Source: a virus. From it: a stretch of 64,000 bases of DNA. A program made the translations under genes and the position numbers. This document shows positions 41,340 through 51,851 of the stretch, one piece after another (positions within the stretch are counted from its first letter, which is position 1; the number at the start of each line of letters is the position of its first letter). The notes beneath the pieces were generated by a model. That model searched no databases, was not told where the DNA came from, and saw nothing but the letters and a program-made list of their open reading frames with translations. The DNA lies in the IMG/VR virus record IMGVR_UViG_3300042387_002331, one strand, 5' to 3'.

Positions 41340-41507
41340 ATGAAGATGGAAGACAAAAATAAAACATTGAAAATTAAAACAGAGATTAATTCTTTGGAGA
41401 GTGTTTTAAAAAAACTAGAGGAAAAGTATAAGACATTTCCTAATAAACATCTTAGTGATGTGATTGTCCATTTAGCAATGGCAATTGACAGCGCTAAACA
41501 AATATAA
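41340..41507 (+). CDS. Small hypothetical protein within the tRNA cluster (not in ORF track)
   Basis: ATG..TAA, 55 codons between tRNA-Asp and tRNA-Ser. Confidence 0.4.
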   Translation: MKMEDKNKTLKIKTEINSLESVLKKLEEKYKTFPNKHLSDVIVHLAMAIDSAKQI

Positions 41508-41509
41508 AC

Positions 41510-41594
41510 GGAGAGTTGGCAGAGTGGTCGATTGCGGCGGTCTTGAAAACCGTTGAACCGAAAGGTTCCGGGAGTTCGAATCTCTCACTCTCCG
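41510..41594 (+). tRNA. tRNA-Ser(TGA)
   Basis: GCGGT CTTGAAA ACCGT, long variable arm. Confidence 0.92.
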
Positions 41595-41635
41595 CTTTTT
41601 TATAAACAAACGAGTTTATAATATGTATAAGAAAT

Positions 41636-41709
41636 GGGGGATTAGCTCAGCTGGCTAGAGCACCTGCCTTGCACGCAGGGGGTCAACGGTTCGACTCCGT
41701 TATCCTCCA
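41636..41709 (+). tRNA. tRNA-Ala(TGC)
   Basis: CCTGC CTTGCAC GCAGG. Confidence 0.92.
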
Positions 41710-41727
41710 CTAAAATTTCTTAACAGT

Positions 41728-41856
41728 ACCTCGACGCATCCCATTAGATCTGCGCACCCGCTGAGGTCAATTTTGGTTACAGTGAATAGCCCAAGGCATA
41801 AGCAGTAACAACCCCAAACAAGACTACCTGATCAATAGACACTGTTTGGGTTTTTT
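41728..41856 (+). ncRNA. Unassigned structured RNA segment between tRNA-Ala and tRNA-Gln
   Basis: Three stems (acctc/gaggt, gttac/gtaac, cccaaaca/tgtttggg); GC-rich; no ORF. Confidence 0.35.
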
Positions 41857-41860
41857 ATCC

Positions 41861-41933
41861 TGTCCTATGGTGTAATTGGCAACACGTCTGATTTTGGTTC
41901 AGAAGAGTCGAGGTTCGAGCCCTTGTGGGACAA
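41861..41933 (+). tRNA. tRNA-Gln(TTG)
   Basis: TCTGA TTTTGGT TCAGA. Confidence 0.9.
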
Positions 41934-41970
41934 CAACGTAGAAGTTCTTTGACATAAATCATTAAAAATC

Positions 41971-42378
41971 ATGGAAATAACATCATTTGTTTTAGGTATG
42001 CTTACGATTGTAGCAGTAATTATATTAACTGCTGTTGTTGTAGGTTTAGTTAAGATTAATCAAACAGTAAAACGTTTAAACACTTTAAACACAAATCTTG
42101 ATCGTCACATAAGCGATATCTATCGCAATGTGCAAGAAGAAAACCAATCTATTTGGCGCCAGTTTGAAAATACAGGCCGCGATATAACAATGGTTGAAAA
42201 AACCATTATGCAACGCATCAATAATGAAGTGGATAGTATCCACAGACACGAACATGAACTTGAAACAGTTCTTCACCGTGATATCGATGAAACACGTCGA
42301 TATATTGACTCCAGAATTGACAAAGTCGTATCATCTGGAGTATTAAAGGAACCAAAACGACAAATCCTAAACGGATAA
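41971..42378 (+). CDS. N-terminal TM plus coiled-coil protein
   Basis: Hydrophobic N-terminus, heptad pattern. Confidence 0.65.
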   Translation: MEITSFVLGMLTIVAVIILTAVVVGLVKINQTVKRLNTLNTNLDRHISDIYRNVQEENQSIWRQFENTGRDITMVEKTIMQRINNEVDSIHRHEHELETVLHRDIDETRRYIDSRIDKVVSSGVLKEPKRQILNG

Positions 42379-42516
42379 CCGAAAATAGTAATTAACCCGT
42401 CAAAAACTTCTACGTTTTTTTTCCTTGAAATATGTATAGGAAACTCGACCGGCCCATGGTAGATGGGGGTTTCCAATTGGATTCTTCAAGTGAGTAAAAT
42501 TTAACCATTTTACCCC

Positions 42517-44823
42517 ATGAAGAACTTTCTACTTTATGTTTTCCTTTTATTTTCCTTTACTATATTTTCCCAATCATGCACTCACACAATTCGATTAACT
42601 GACACCTTTGGTGATGGTTGGAATGGAGGGGCTGTTTCTGTATCGGTAAATGGGGTTACTGTTTTAAGTAATATTACTTTTAGCTCCGGATATGGCCCAG
42701 TTAATTTTAACTTTACTGCATCAACTGGACAAACAATAAGAGTTTGGAGAACCCTATCAGGAAGCTGGCCTTCTGAAATGAGAGTTCAAATAGTAAATAA
42801 TATAGGAACAATTCTTTTAAATACCATACAGCCAACAACAGGAACTGCAACAACAGGTGGTTATACCTGCATTGCTAGTTGCTCAGGAGGAGGAGGTGGT
42901 GGATGTGTTAATACCTCACCTTATATAACTATAGCAGCGCCTACAACACCCGGTATTCTTACCATAAGTTCATGCACATTCCAATCAGAATATAACACTA
43001 TAACAAGTGTTACTGCAGGGCGACAGTACAGATCAACTTATAATTTAGGTGGATGGATAACTGTTAGACATACTACCCCAGGAGGTACTGTTGTAGCTTC
43101 AGGTGCATCTCCATTAACATGGACAGCAACCGTTTCAGGAACATATTATATTCACTACAATACAAATTCATTATGTGGGACTGCATCAAATTGTGGGACA
43201 ACAACAATTGAATGTTTAAGTTGTACCGCTCCATTAGCACCAGCAAATGATTTAGTCTGTAATGCAACCCCAATTTCTTGTGGTCAAATAATCTCGGGAA
43301 CAACAGTAAATGCAACTAACAATGGAACCGGTGAAAATGGGATTTGTAGTGTTTCTCAAACCCAACCTGGTGTTTGGTATAGAATTACAGGTACCGGACA
43401 AATAATGACTGCATATTTATGCAACACAGTATGGGATAGTAAAATATCTGTGTTTAGTGGAACAAGCTGTTCTACATTAACTTGTGTAGGAGGGAATGAC
43501 GATTATGGCCCAACATGCGCAACTTCTTCAGCATCGTACCAATGGTTATCTGTTAATGGTTTAAATTATTATATTCTTGTTCATGGGTATAGTAGCAGTA
43601 GTGCGTTTCAATTAGGTTTAACTTGTACTGCACCACCTCCACCTGATCCTACATCAATCACATCAACATCAAACACAATATGTGTTGGTCAATCAACAAC
43701 ATTAACTGCAAATGGTGCAAGTGGAACTGTATACTGGTTTACTAGTGGATGTGGAATAGGTCAGATTGCAACTGGAAATTCAATTAGTGTTACACCTACA
43801 AGCACAACAACATACTATGCAAGAAACTTTAATGGTAGTTTGTTTAGCAACAATTGTGTATCTACTACTATTACCGTTAATCCTACCCCAAGCATAAGCG
43901 TAGCTCCGATCACAAACACCATTTGTGATGGGTCATCAACTCAACTAGTAACCACAGTATCAGGTCTCCCTGCAGGATCAACACCAACTTATAGTTGGAC
44001 ACCTTCAACCGGATTAACAAATCCATCAGCTCCAAGCCCATATGCTTCACCATCAACAACACAATCTTATCAAGTTTCTGTTTCATTTAACGGTTGTTCT
44101 AACTCAACATCAACAACAATAAATGTTAACCCATCAGTAGGCTTTGTTTCAACAATATCAGGGAATAATAACATAATTGCAGGAACCCAAGAAACTTATT
44201 CAGTTACCCCAGTTGCAAATGCAACTTATCAGTGGGCATATACTCAATCAATAACAGCACCATTTTGGTCAAATATACCAAACTCAAACTCTCCATCGAT
44301 ATCTTTTTATTGGCCTCAAACAACAACAGACGGATCAGTTAGGGTTACAGTATCGAATGCAAACAATTGTGGAACTCAAGTTAGATTTTTTAATATAATT
44401 ACAAACGGAGCATTACCCATTGAGTTATTATATTTTAGTGGCAAACCAGTAAACAAAAGCAACTTAATATATTGGGCAACTGCTACAGAACACAATACAA
44501 CCCATTTTGTAGTAGAGAAAAGTGAAAATGGAATTACATGGTCTGAATTAGGAACAGTTGCTGCAGCAGGTAATTCAACACAAGAACTCCGCTATGACAT
44601 TACAGATAATGCTGTTAAACCAATATACAACTACTATAGACTAACCCAATATGATATTGATGGTGCTTATGAAGTATTTGACCCTATATTAATCAACAAT
44701 AAATCAGAAATCAAAATTATAGCAAAACGAATTAATTTGATAGGACAGGAAGTAGATGAAAATGAAACGGGAATCATTATAGAAATTTATGAAGATGGAA
44801 CTTTAAAAAGGACAATAAAATAG
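42517..44823 (+). CDS. Secreted Bacteroidota-type surface protein (signal peptide, Ig/PKD-like repeats, T9SS CTD-like tail)
   Basis: MKNFLLYVFLLFSFTIFSQ signal; DTFGDGWNG; PANDLVCNA; LPIELLYFSG...YYRLTQYDIDG; C-terminal NLIGQEV...IIEIYEDGTLKR. Confidence 0.75.
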   Translation: MKNFLLYVFLLFSFTIFSQSCTHTIRLTDTFGDGWNGGAVSVSVNGVTVLSNITFSSGYGPVNFNFTASTGQTIRVWRTLSGSWPSEMRVQIVNNIGTILLNTIQPTTGTATTGGYTCIASCSGGGGGGCVNTSPYITIAAPTTPGILTISSCTFQSEYNTITSVTAGRQYRSTYNLGGWITVRHTTPGGTVVASGASPLTWTATVSGTYYIHYNTNSLCGTASNCGTTTIECLSCTAPLAPANDLVCNATPISCGQIISGTTVNATNNGTGENGICSVSQTQPGVWYRITGTGQIMTAYLCNTVWDSKISVFSGTSCSTLTCVGGNDDYGPTCATSSASYQWLSVNGLNYYILVHGYSSSSAFQLGLTCTAPPPPDPTSITSTSNTICVGQSTTLTANGASGTVYWFTSGCGIGQIATGNSISVTPTSTTTYYARNFNGSLFSNNCVSTTITVNPTPSISVAPITNTICDGSSTQLVTTVSGLPAGSTPTYSWTPSTGLTNPSAPSPYASPSTTQSYQVSVSFNGCSNSTSTTINVNPSVGFVSTISGNNNIIAGTQETYSVTPVANATYQWAYTQSITAPFWSNIPNSNSPSISFYWPQTTTDGSVRVTVSNANNCGTQVRFFNIITNGALPIELLYFSGKPVNKSNLIYWATATEHNTTHFVVEKSENGITWSELGTVAAAGNSTQELRYDITDNAVKPIYNYYRLTQYDIDGAYEVFDPILINNKSEIKIIAKRINLIGQEVDENETGIIIEIYEDGTLKRTIK

Positions 44824-44963
44824 CTTGAAAACCTAAAATTTCTTTTGTATGTTTAAGAAAATTAAAGAAGTTATGGAATTTATTAAAAATAATTCAATTG
44901 AAATTATTGTTTTAGGTTGGTTTGTTTTAATAGGCATTATTGCTGTTTTATTCGCTTAGATTT

Positions 44964-45710
44964 ATGTTAAAGGTTTCGCTTATTTCAGATACACATACCA
45001 AACATAATCAAATTACAACTAGCAAATCGTTTCGAAATAGTAAACAACAATTAGATTTGCCTGGAGGAGATATTCTAATTCATGCAGGTGACTTTATGAG
45101 TACAGGTTATCATAAAGCAGAAGCAGTAGGGTTTTTTGAATGGTTTGATAGTATAGACAACTACGATACAAAAATATTCATTGCTGGTAACCATGATCGA
45201 ATATTTGAAGATAATCCACAATGGGCTCAAGGTTTTTTAACAGGATACAAAACAATTGAATATCTTCAAGATGAAGAAGTGGTATTGTATTTTGATGGAC
45301 CAAATGGAGATTATCCGGAAGAGAATGTTCGTATCTATGGTTCACCTTGGCAACCTGAATTTTACAATTGGGCATTTAATTTGCCTCGCAACGGAGAAGA
45401 ATTACAAGCAAAATGGAATGCAATCCCAGATAATACAGACATTTTAATCACACATGGACCTCCATTTGGTTATCTAGACATCCCAGGAGGACGTACTATT
45501 CGAGTAGGATGTGATTTGTTACGTTATCGAGTAGATGAAATTCGTCCAAAAATACATGTGTTTGGACATATTCATGGGGGTTGGGGACACTACTATGATG
45601 GACATACTCACTTTTTTAATGCATCTGTTTTGGATGAACGATATTTATACACAAATTCACCATTCAATTTTGAATGGGATAATATTACAAATGAAATAAA
45701 ATGGCTATGA
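44964..45710 (+). CDS. Metallophosphoesterase (MPPED-like)
   Basis: ISDTH, HAGD, AGNHD, ITHGPP, FGHIH. Confidence 0.9.
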   Translation: MLKVSLISDTHTKHNQITTSKSFRNSKQQLDLPGGDILIHAGDFMSTGYHKAEAVGFFEWFDSIDNYDTKIFIAGNHDRIFEDNPQWAQGFLTGYKTIEYLQDEEVVLYFDGPNGDYPEENVRIYGSPWQPEFYNWAFNLPRNGEELQAKWNAIPDNTDILITHGPPFGYLDIPGGRTIRVGCDLLRYRVDEIRPKIHVFGHIHGGWGHYYDGHTHFFNASVLDERYLYTNSPFNFEWDNITNEIKWL

Positions 45711-45904
45711 AAAAAACTGTTTTTGTAAGATATGAAGGTGAAACGGTTTATAGAAAACACATTGAAATAGACCCATCCCAACTAACAGATATTTTAAAAC
45801 TTCCTGAAGATGTTTTTGCTACTGTAGATGGAATTCGTATATCAATTAAAAGAGATGAATTTGATACATTAATAAAAGAGCATGAACAAATTAAATCTAG
45901 ATAA
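45701..45904 (+). CDS. Hypothetical protein
   Basis: Coupled ORF. Confidence 0.5.
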   Translation: MAMKKTVFVRYEGETVYRKHIEIDPSQLTDILKLPEDVFATVDGIRISIKRDEFDTLIKEHEQIKSR

Positions 45905-46040
45905 ATTATGAAAACAGATTGGAAAACAGTATGGATATATTTTATTCATATATTAGCAGGAATAGCAATCGGATACTATTTAACAGGATGTAAATCATCA
46001 AAGTCTGGATGTGATGCATATTCCCAAAATAAAACAAAAT

Positions 46041-46277
46041 ATGAGAATATATCACGAAAATAAAGGTAGACCATCAGAAAAGAAATTACCGGTGGTGATA
46101 GTTTATAAAAAACCAACAGGTAAAAAACACTATTTGATGGTTACTGAATCTAGTATTGATGATATTATTGATGGAGGAAAACGTAATCCTCTTATTCCAA
46201 ACAATTATGAAATAGTTGATATGGGAATTGGTGAAACATTTATTGAAAAATATAAAAAACAATACGACATTAAATGA
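46041..46277 (+). CDS. Hypothetical protein
   Basis: ORF. Confidence 0.55.
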   Translation: MRIYHENKGRPSEKKLPVVIVYKKPTGKKHYLMVTESSIDDIIDGGKRNPLIPNNYEIVDMGIGETFIEKYKKQYDIK

Positions 46278-46510
46278 GTTTTTATAAACACAACGACAAA
46301 CTTTATATTATCCACAGAGATATTCCACTACACAACTTTACAAACAAAGAAGGAGTAGTAAATTTAGAAATGGTCAAAATGTGTAGAGACTATTTTTTCC
46401 GGGTTGATCACGTATTAAGAAACGAAACACATTTTTTATTCGCTGAAACTATACAAGATGCAGAAATTATTGAAGAAACTCAAAACGTGGTGGAAGAAGC
46501 ACATAGCTAA
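46274..46510 (+). CDS. Hypothetical protein
   Basis: Coupled ORF. Confidence 0.55.
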   Translation: MSFYKHNDKLYIIHRDIPLHNFTNKEGVVNLEMVKMCRDYFFRVDHVLRNETHFLFAETIQDAEIIEETQNVVEEAHS

Positions 46511-46579
46511 TACCTGCCCAGAACATTTAAACGATTTATTTTAAGTTAGAAAAATAAAACATATTTATAGAAAAATAAC

Positions 46580-47284
46580 ATGCCAACAAAATTATCCCAA
46601 GACCAGGTTGAAAATTTAAACTCAGACCTTGACTCGTTAGATTTAAAAGATGCTTCTTTAGAAAGCAAAATTTCAATAGAAGATTCTATAAACGACGGAG
46701 TTGATGCATCGCTAGCTTCTTCCCTTGCTGGGAAGCAAAATACATTAGTTAGTGGAACTAATATTAAAACTATTAATGGCAATAGTATTTTAGGAAGTGG
46801 AAATATAACCATATCAGGTACAGCTAACCCTAGAACATTAGCTAATGTAGTTGGTTCAAACTTAATAGGTACAACAAACCAAATTAGCACTTCAGTTTTG
46901 ATTCCTGCTGGAACATTAGTTGCAAATAATTCAATTTATATTCGTAATTTATTAACCAAAACAGCAGGTTCTACAACTTCAACGGGTAGAATGTATATCA
47001 ACACTACAAATAGTTTAACAGGTGCTACATTACTTGCAACAGCTGGAGCAATGAACTCAGCTACTTACATTCAACGATTCGAACGTAATTTTTTCTTTGA
47101 CGGAACAAACCTAAATGTTTATAACCCAACAAATGGAATTAGTACAGATTTAACCTCAGGAACAAATACGTTAGTTGCTTTTAATCCTTCCATTGACTAT
47201 TACCTTATATTTGCCGTTCAAAATTCCTCAACAACCCCCGATAATTTAGGTCACAAACGTGTAATTGTACAAATATACGATTAA
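46580..47284 (+). CDS. Virion fibre-like protein, paralog of 1237..1806
   Basis: KQNTLVSGTNIKTINGNSILGSGNITI fibre motif; class C promoter. Confidence 0.65.
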   Translation: MPTKLSQDQVENLNSDLDSLDLKDASLESKISIEDSINDGVDASLASSLAGKQNTLVSGTNIKTINGNSILGSGNITISGTANPRTLANVVGSNLIGTTNQISTSVLIPAGTLVANNSIYIRNLLTKTAGSTTSTGRMYINTTNSLTGATLLATAGAMNSATYIQRFERNFFFDGTNLNVYNPTNGISTDLTSGTNTLVAFNPSIDYYLIFAVQNSSTTPDNLGHKRVIVQIYD

Positions 47285-47308
47285 TTTAGATAATATAGAA
47301 AATAAAAT

Positions 47309-47569
47309 ATGCCAATAGCACCCCAATCAATCCGAAGAGGAACCATCATCAAATTTGATGGAGAAATAGTTGATAAAAAAACAGTTATCTCAGCAAGTGA
47401 GTCATGGAACGAAAATCATCAAACATTATTCAAAAAACTACTTAAACAAGGTGGTATATTCAGAATTAATGGAATGCCTGTTGAAGTAATTCCTGAAATG
47501 AAAACACTTAATTCCAAAGGTGAAACCGACGGAGGTGCTCAAAAAGTGGATCCACTAGCTCGTTTTTAA
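47309..47569 (+). CDS. Hypothetical protein
   Basis: ORF. Confidence 0.55.
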   Translation: MPIAPQSIRRGTIIKFDGEIVDKKTVISASESWNENHQTLFKKLLKQGGIFRINGMPVEVIPEMKTLNSKGETDGGAQKVDPLARF

Positions 47570-47609
47570 AATTTGGCTTTTTAAATTTTCTTTCGTATAT
47601 TAAAGAAAT

Positions 47610-47816
47610 ATGGGAAGAAAACCAAAGAAATCAAGAGAAATAAAGTTACCTGAGTTCATCATATTGAACGAAAACTGTCAAGTATTTTGTGGTTTGCGAA
47701 GCGGTTATCCTGCTTTCAGTGATAACATAGAAGATGCAAAACCCCTTACAAACGATGGTCAATTAAGAATGATTCAACATGGGACATCATTTAAGTTAGA
47801 AAAAGAGTACATATGA
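47610..47816 (+). CDS. Hypothetical protein
   Basis: After the class A promoter at 47573. Confidence 0.55.
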   Translation: MGRKPKKSREIKLPEFIILNENCQVFCGLRSGYPAFSDNIEDAKPLTNDGQLRMIQHGTSFKLEKEYI

Positions 47817-48004
47817 ATATAGAAGAAGAATCACAAGAGTTATACATCCAATTAAAAACAGCCCAGCAAGCGTTAGATGATGTTAAAAAAGAAGATATAG
47901 AAGCTAAACTATTGTTAGTTACTGCTTTAGAAGTGATGAAAGAAAATCCTGCTTTAAGCATTCAAAAAGCTATTATAAGTGGTTACGCCAAATGCCTTCA
48001 ATAA
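47813..48004 (+). CDS. Hypothetical protein
   Basis: Coupled ORF. Confidence 0.5.
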   Translation: MNIEEESQELYIQLKTAQQALDDVKKEDIEAKLLLVTALEVMKENPALSIQKAIISGYAKCLQ

Positions 48005-48058
48005 AGGAATAGTTTTTATAAAAGAACTTTCGTATATTCCAAGTAAATAAAAAAGAAA

Positions 48059-48376
48059 ATGTTTGAAAAAGGTTTTGATTTATTGAGAAAAGGATTATGG
48101 ATATGGAGTGGTGTTATTGTAACCAAAGCAATAATTGAAGAAATTGCTATTCATAAACAAAGAAAAGAAATAGCTAAACTACCAAAATATTTCCAATATG
48201 TAGGCAAATACACAGATGGTGGTTTTACCCCAGGTAGAATTTATGAATGTATTAACCCAGCTAATGTGAATGCTGAAGCAAATTTTATCGATGATGATGG
48301 TGAAATTAATGGGTACTGTGGGTTCAATGATGAAATGTTTGTTCCATCTACTAAAGAAAATTTTTTAGCTCAATAA
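48059..48376 (+). CDS. Hypothetical protein
   Basis: Class B cassette. Confidence 0.6.
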   Translation: MFEKGFDLLRKGLWIWSGVIVTKAIIEEIAIHKQRKEIAKLPKYFQYVGKYTDGGFTPGRIYECINPANVNAEANFIDDDGEINGYCGFNDEMFVPSTKENFLAQ

Positions 48377-48433
48377 ACGAGGGAATAAGAGATTTAAAGG
48401 AGAATTCGTATATTCCAAGTAAATAAAAAGGTT

Positions 48434-48661
48434 ATGAAAGATAAAAAAGATAAAGGTAATAGTTTTTTAGATACGCTTGCAAGTATATTAATTGTATTTG
48501 TGTTTTTAGCAGTATTTTGGTATTTAATATCTGAGTTCATTAATGCTGTTAAAAATCCCCAAACAAGAACAATAACACTAATTGTAACAGTAATTACAAT
48601 CATTTTGATGGTGTTGATTTACAACAACCCAGAGTTTGTAAAATCTTTAATGAAGGAATAA
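48434..48661 (+). CDS. Two-TM membrane protein
   Basis: Class B cassette; hydrophobic helices. Confidence 0.6.
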   Translation: MKDKKDKGNSFLDTLASILIVFVFLAVFWYLISEFINAVKNPQTRTITLIVTVITIILMVLIYNNPEFVKSLMKE

Positions 48662-48720
48662 GAGATTAAAAAGAGAATTCGTATATTTCAAGTAATAAAA
48701 AAAGAAAAAAAGGAAAAGTT

Positions 48721-49530
48721 ATGAAAATTGAAAAAAGACCTATGAACACAGCAAAACGCGGCCGCCCCGCAAAACAACAAATCCAAGTTACATTTAACCC
48801 TAACTCAGTAAAACTGATGAGAGGTAGTGATTTGCAATTCAGTGAAGCGTTATTCAAACCAATGAAAACTAATACTGAATTAGATGTTATATTTTCAACT
48901 GAAGGAGGAATAATGCCAGGTACTAACATGATGTTAGCAGGTGGACCGGGTTCAGGTAAATCCACAATTGTACTTGATGTATTATCTAAACTAACTAAAC
49001 AAGGATTAAAAGTATTGTTTGTTAGCGGTGAAATGGATGAAATTGCACATTACAAATATTGCAAACGTATGCCCGAATTCAGTTGTGTACAAACATTGTT
49101 TTTGAAAAACTATTCAGAAACAGTAAAAGAAACACTTGAACATGTATTTAATCAAGGATATGATGTAGTAGCAATCGATTCAATTGCTGAAGTATTAGAG
49201 ATGTATAAAGATGCGTATCGTACAACTGAAAGCGCTGCGGAGTTTTGGTTTTTGAATTTGCAAGATCAACATAAAAAAGGTGGAAACAAAAACAAATACT
49301 ATACTACGTTTGTAAATATTCAACAAATGACCAAAGCGGGTGATTTCGCAGGTAGTAATAGATTAAAGCACATGGTTGATGCGTTTTGCCACGTTGAGCG
49401 TTCAAGAGATGGTTTAGAGCGATCATTGCACTTCACAAAGAACCGTGATTGCGATAAAGATTTCAAAGTATACTTTTCTATATACAACGGAGGCGTACAT
49501 TATGCTTACGAAATGGAAAAAGCTGATTAA
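48721..49530 (+). CDS. RadA/Sms- or KaiC-like RecA-fold ATPase with N-terminal AT-hook
   Basis: GGPGSGKST, VSGE, IDSI, TKAGDFAGS..LKHMVD, KNR. Confidence 0.8.
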   Translation: MKIEKRPMNTAKRGRPAKQQIQVTFNPNSVKLMRGSDLQFSEALFKPMKTNTELDVIFSTEGGIMPGTNMMLAGGPGSGKSTIVLDVLSKLTKQGLKVLFVSGEMDEIAHYKYCKRMPEFSCVQTLFLKNYSETVKETLEHVFNQGYDVVAIDSIAEVLEMYKDAYRTTESAAEFWFLNLQDQHKKGGNKNKYYTTFVNIQQMTKAGDFAGSNRLKHMVDAFCHVERSRDGLERSLHFTKNRDCDKDFKVYFSIYNGGVHYAYEMEKAD

Positions 49531-49709
49531 AAGGAATAGGAGGAGCAATCCTCCTTTTGTATATTTATTTAATATTAAAAGATATGAGCTGTTCAGGAGG
49601 AAAATCAACTAAAAAAGGTCGCTACAATAAAGCGGATAACCTAAAAAAACCTACAGGATATACTGTAGATAAAAATGGAAATGTTAAACCAAAGTATAAT
49701 TAAAAAACT

Positions 49710-50459
49710 ATGTTAAAAAGAAATTTTATTCAAGTCGGAAATGACTTAAACAAAGCAATTGCATTTGCTAACACGTTAGATAACAATAACATTCTAAACG
49801 TACAACGAATTAAACAAAAAGAGTTTTATATTCCTACACTAGATGTAGTTTCAAAACTACAAAATGAAGGATGGGAAATAAATAGTGTTGCTGAACAACG
49901 AGGTAAAGGTCGTAAAATTGCACACAATTTTGTTCGGTTACAGCATCCTGATTTTGCTATAAAAAACGATAAAGGTAAAGATGAAGCATTGCTATCATTA
50001 ACAGTTACAAACAGTTGTAACGGAAGCAAACCGATTAGTTTAGAAATGGGTATGTATCGTTTAGTATGCTCTAACGGAGCAGTACGATTTGATGAAGCTG
50101 CAGAAACTCAAAAGATTAAACATACCGAAATTAACTATAGAAACTTAGATCAATATTTAAACACTGTTAATCGTAAATCATCTTTAGTACTAAATGAATT
50201 TGAAAAGCTAAAACATTCAAACCTATCAGTAAACGATATGCGAATATTAGCTTACGAAGCAGCTAAGTTAAGATACGATGATGTATCAAATATCAACATT
50301 GATGATCTACTTGCAGTTAATCGAATCGAAGATGAAGGAAGCGATTTATGGACAGTGTTCAATCGCATCCAAGAAAACCTAACATCAACTGTTAGTAACG
50401 CTAGTGATGATATTTTGTTGAATAAACGATTGTTTGCTTTAGCTGAAACGTTTGCTTAA
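49710..50459 (+). CDS. DUF932/DUF945-family protein
   Basis: NSCNG, GMYRLVCSNG, KIKH, D.GSDLWTVFNRIQE. Confidence 0.8.
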   Translation: MLKRNFIQVGNDLNKAIAFANTLDNNNILNVQRIKQKEFYIPTLDVVSKLQNEGWEINSVAEQRGKGRKIAHNFVRLQHPDFAIKNDKGKDEALLSLTVTNSCNGSKPISLEMGMYRLVCSNGAVRFDEAAETQKIKHTEINYRNLDQYLNTVNRKSSLVLNEFEKLKHSNLSVNDMRILAYEAAKLRYDDVSNINIDDLLAVNRIEDEGSDLWTVFNRIQENLTSTVSNASDDILLNKRLFALAETFA

Positions 50460-50692
50460 AAAAGGAATAGCCCTCGTAAGAGGGCTTTCGTATATTTCAA
50501 GTAATAAAAAAAGAAGAATATGAAATTTTTAAGCAAATTGTTTTTTATTTGGTGGATAGTAATGATTATAGTTTTCATGTATTCAATGTTCACCGATAAG
50601 CGTTACAGAGTGTGGATGTGGGTTTGGGTTGCACTTTGTATATTTTTTTGGTTTTATGGAAAAAGTATTAGAGATTTATAAATTAAAAGGTT

Positions 50693-50935
50693 ATGAGTGA
50701 AAGAAAAATTATAAGTCAAATAGCAGCTAGCAATGCTGATTTTCATCCGATTATTCGAGAGAGTAAATTGAGTATAGACGATAAATTATATTTACAAGAT
50801 GCATTAGTAAACATATTCAACAATGATTTCAGAGCAATGATTAACGATATGTTAGAACATGCAATTGAAATGGAAGAATATGAAACAGCAATTGTAATTA
50901 GAGATGAACTTGATAAAATAGACAAAAATGGGTAA
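50693..50935 (+). CDS. Hypothetical protein with UVR motif
   Basis: AIEMEEYETAIVIRDEL. Confidence 0.6.
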   Translation: MSERKIISQIAASNADFHPIIRESKLSIDDKLYLQDALVNIFNNDFRAMINDMLEHAIEMEEYETAIVIRDELDKIDKNG

Positions 50936-51173
50936 GATAATATTAGAATTTGATTCAATCGAAGAACAAAACGATGCTAGAACTGCACTTGATGGTTGGA
51001 AATGGAAAATGTTAGTATGGGACATAGATCAGAAACTACGATCAATAGTCAAATATGGACAAAGCTTTGATAGCAATAAAGAAGCATCAAGTGAAGAAAT
51101 GGATGTTTGTGACAGATTGAGACAACACATAAGAGAGTTAATGTATGAAAGTGGTTTAAATTTAGATGATTAA
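50928..51173 (+). CDS. Hypothetical protein
   Basis: Coupled ORF. Confidence 0.6.
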   Translation: MGKIILEFDSIEEQNDARTALDGWKWKMLVWDIDQKLRSIVKYGQSFDSNKEASSEEMDVCDRLRQHIRELMYESGLNLDD

Positions 51174-51176
51174 AAA

Positions 51177-51467
51177 ATGACAGAAAAAGAATTGCAGTTA
51201 TTAGGTTTTGAAAAACAAGAAGATGGTGGAATTGAACTTTCAGATGATGAAAATGGTGTTTGGATAGAAGATGAATTTCATTACTACACATACACAGTTG
51301 CTCAAGGATTTCAATTCATATCAAATTCAAACGATGAGGTTGGTGAAGACGGACAATGGTATGTAGAATTTTTTGATTCATACCCTTCAATTCGATTTAC
51401 CGAATTTGGTGAGGTACAAGCATTGATCAATTTGTTAGAAAGTAGAATAGTAAAAAAGGAAGATTGA
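51177..51467 (+). CDS. Hypothetical protein
   Basis: MTEKELQLLGFEK start. Confidence 0.6.
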   Translation: MTEKELQLLGFEKQEDGGIELSDDENGVWIEDEFHYYTYTVAQGFQFISNSNDEVGEDGQWYVEFFDSYPSIRFTEFGEVQALINLLESRIVKKED

Positions 51468-51515
51468 TTTTAAAATATCTTTCGTATATTAAATTAAATA
51501 AAAGAAATAAAAGTT

Positions 51516-51851
51516 ATGGCAAAAAAAGAAAAACACCCAATAGAAGTAAAGTACCTAGACCTTAAAAAGCGATTCAAAGCAAAAGAAATGTCAATTGAAG
51601 AAGTTGATTTGATCACCTGTGAATTGATTGCTGAACTAGCTATACTAACAGAAAAAAATGTAACAGAAATAAATGGCATCTCAATTGATCTATACAAAGA
51701 TAGAGTATGGTGGATTGTTGAAAATGCAGGACTGTTACCTGAATATAGAGATGAAGATGAAGATATAGTTGATGAACTTGAAGAAGACGACTACTACAAA
51801 GTAGAGGATGATTTCGACTATGAAATAGATGATAGTAAATTCTACAAGTAA
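51516..51851 (+). CDS. Hypothetical protein, acidic C-terminus
   Basis: Class B cassette. Confidence 0.6.
   Translation: MAKKEKHPIEVKYLDLKKRFKAKEMSIEEVDLITCELIAELAILTEKNVTEINGISIDLYKDRVWWIVENAGLLPEYRDEDEDIVDELEEDDYYKVEDDFDYEIDDSKFYK

Noticed and set aside
42440-42516. Riboswitch upstream of the secreted protein
   Set aside because: GC-rich with short stems, but I could not match any known aptamer consensus.
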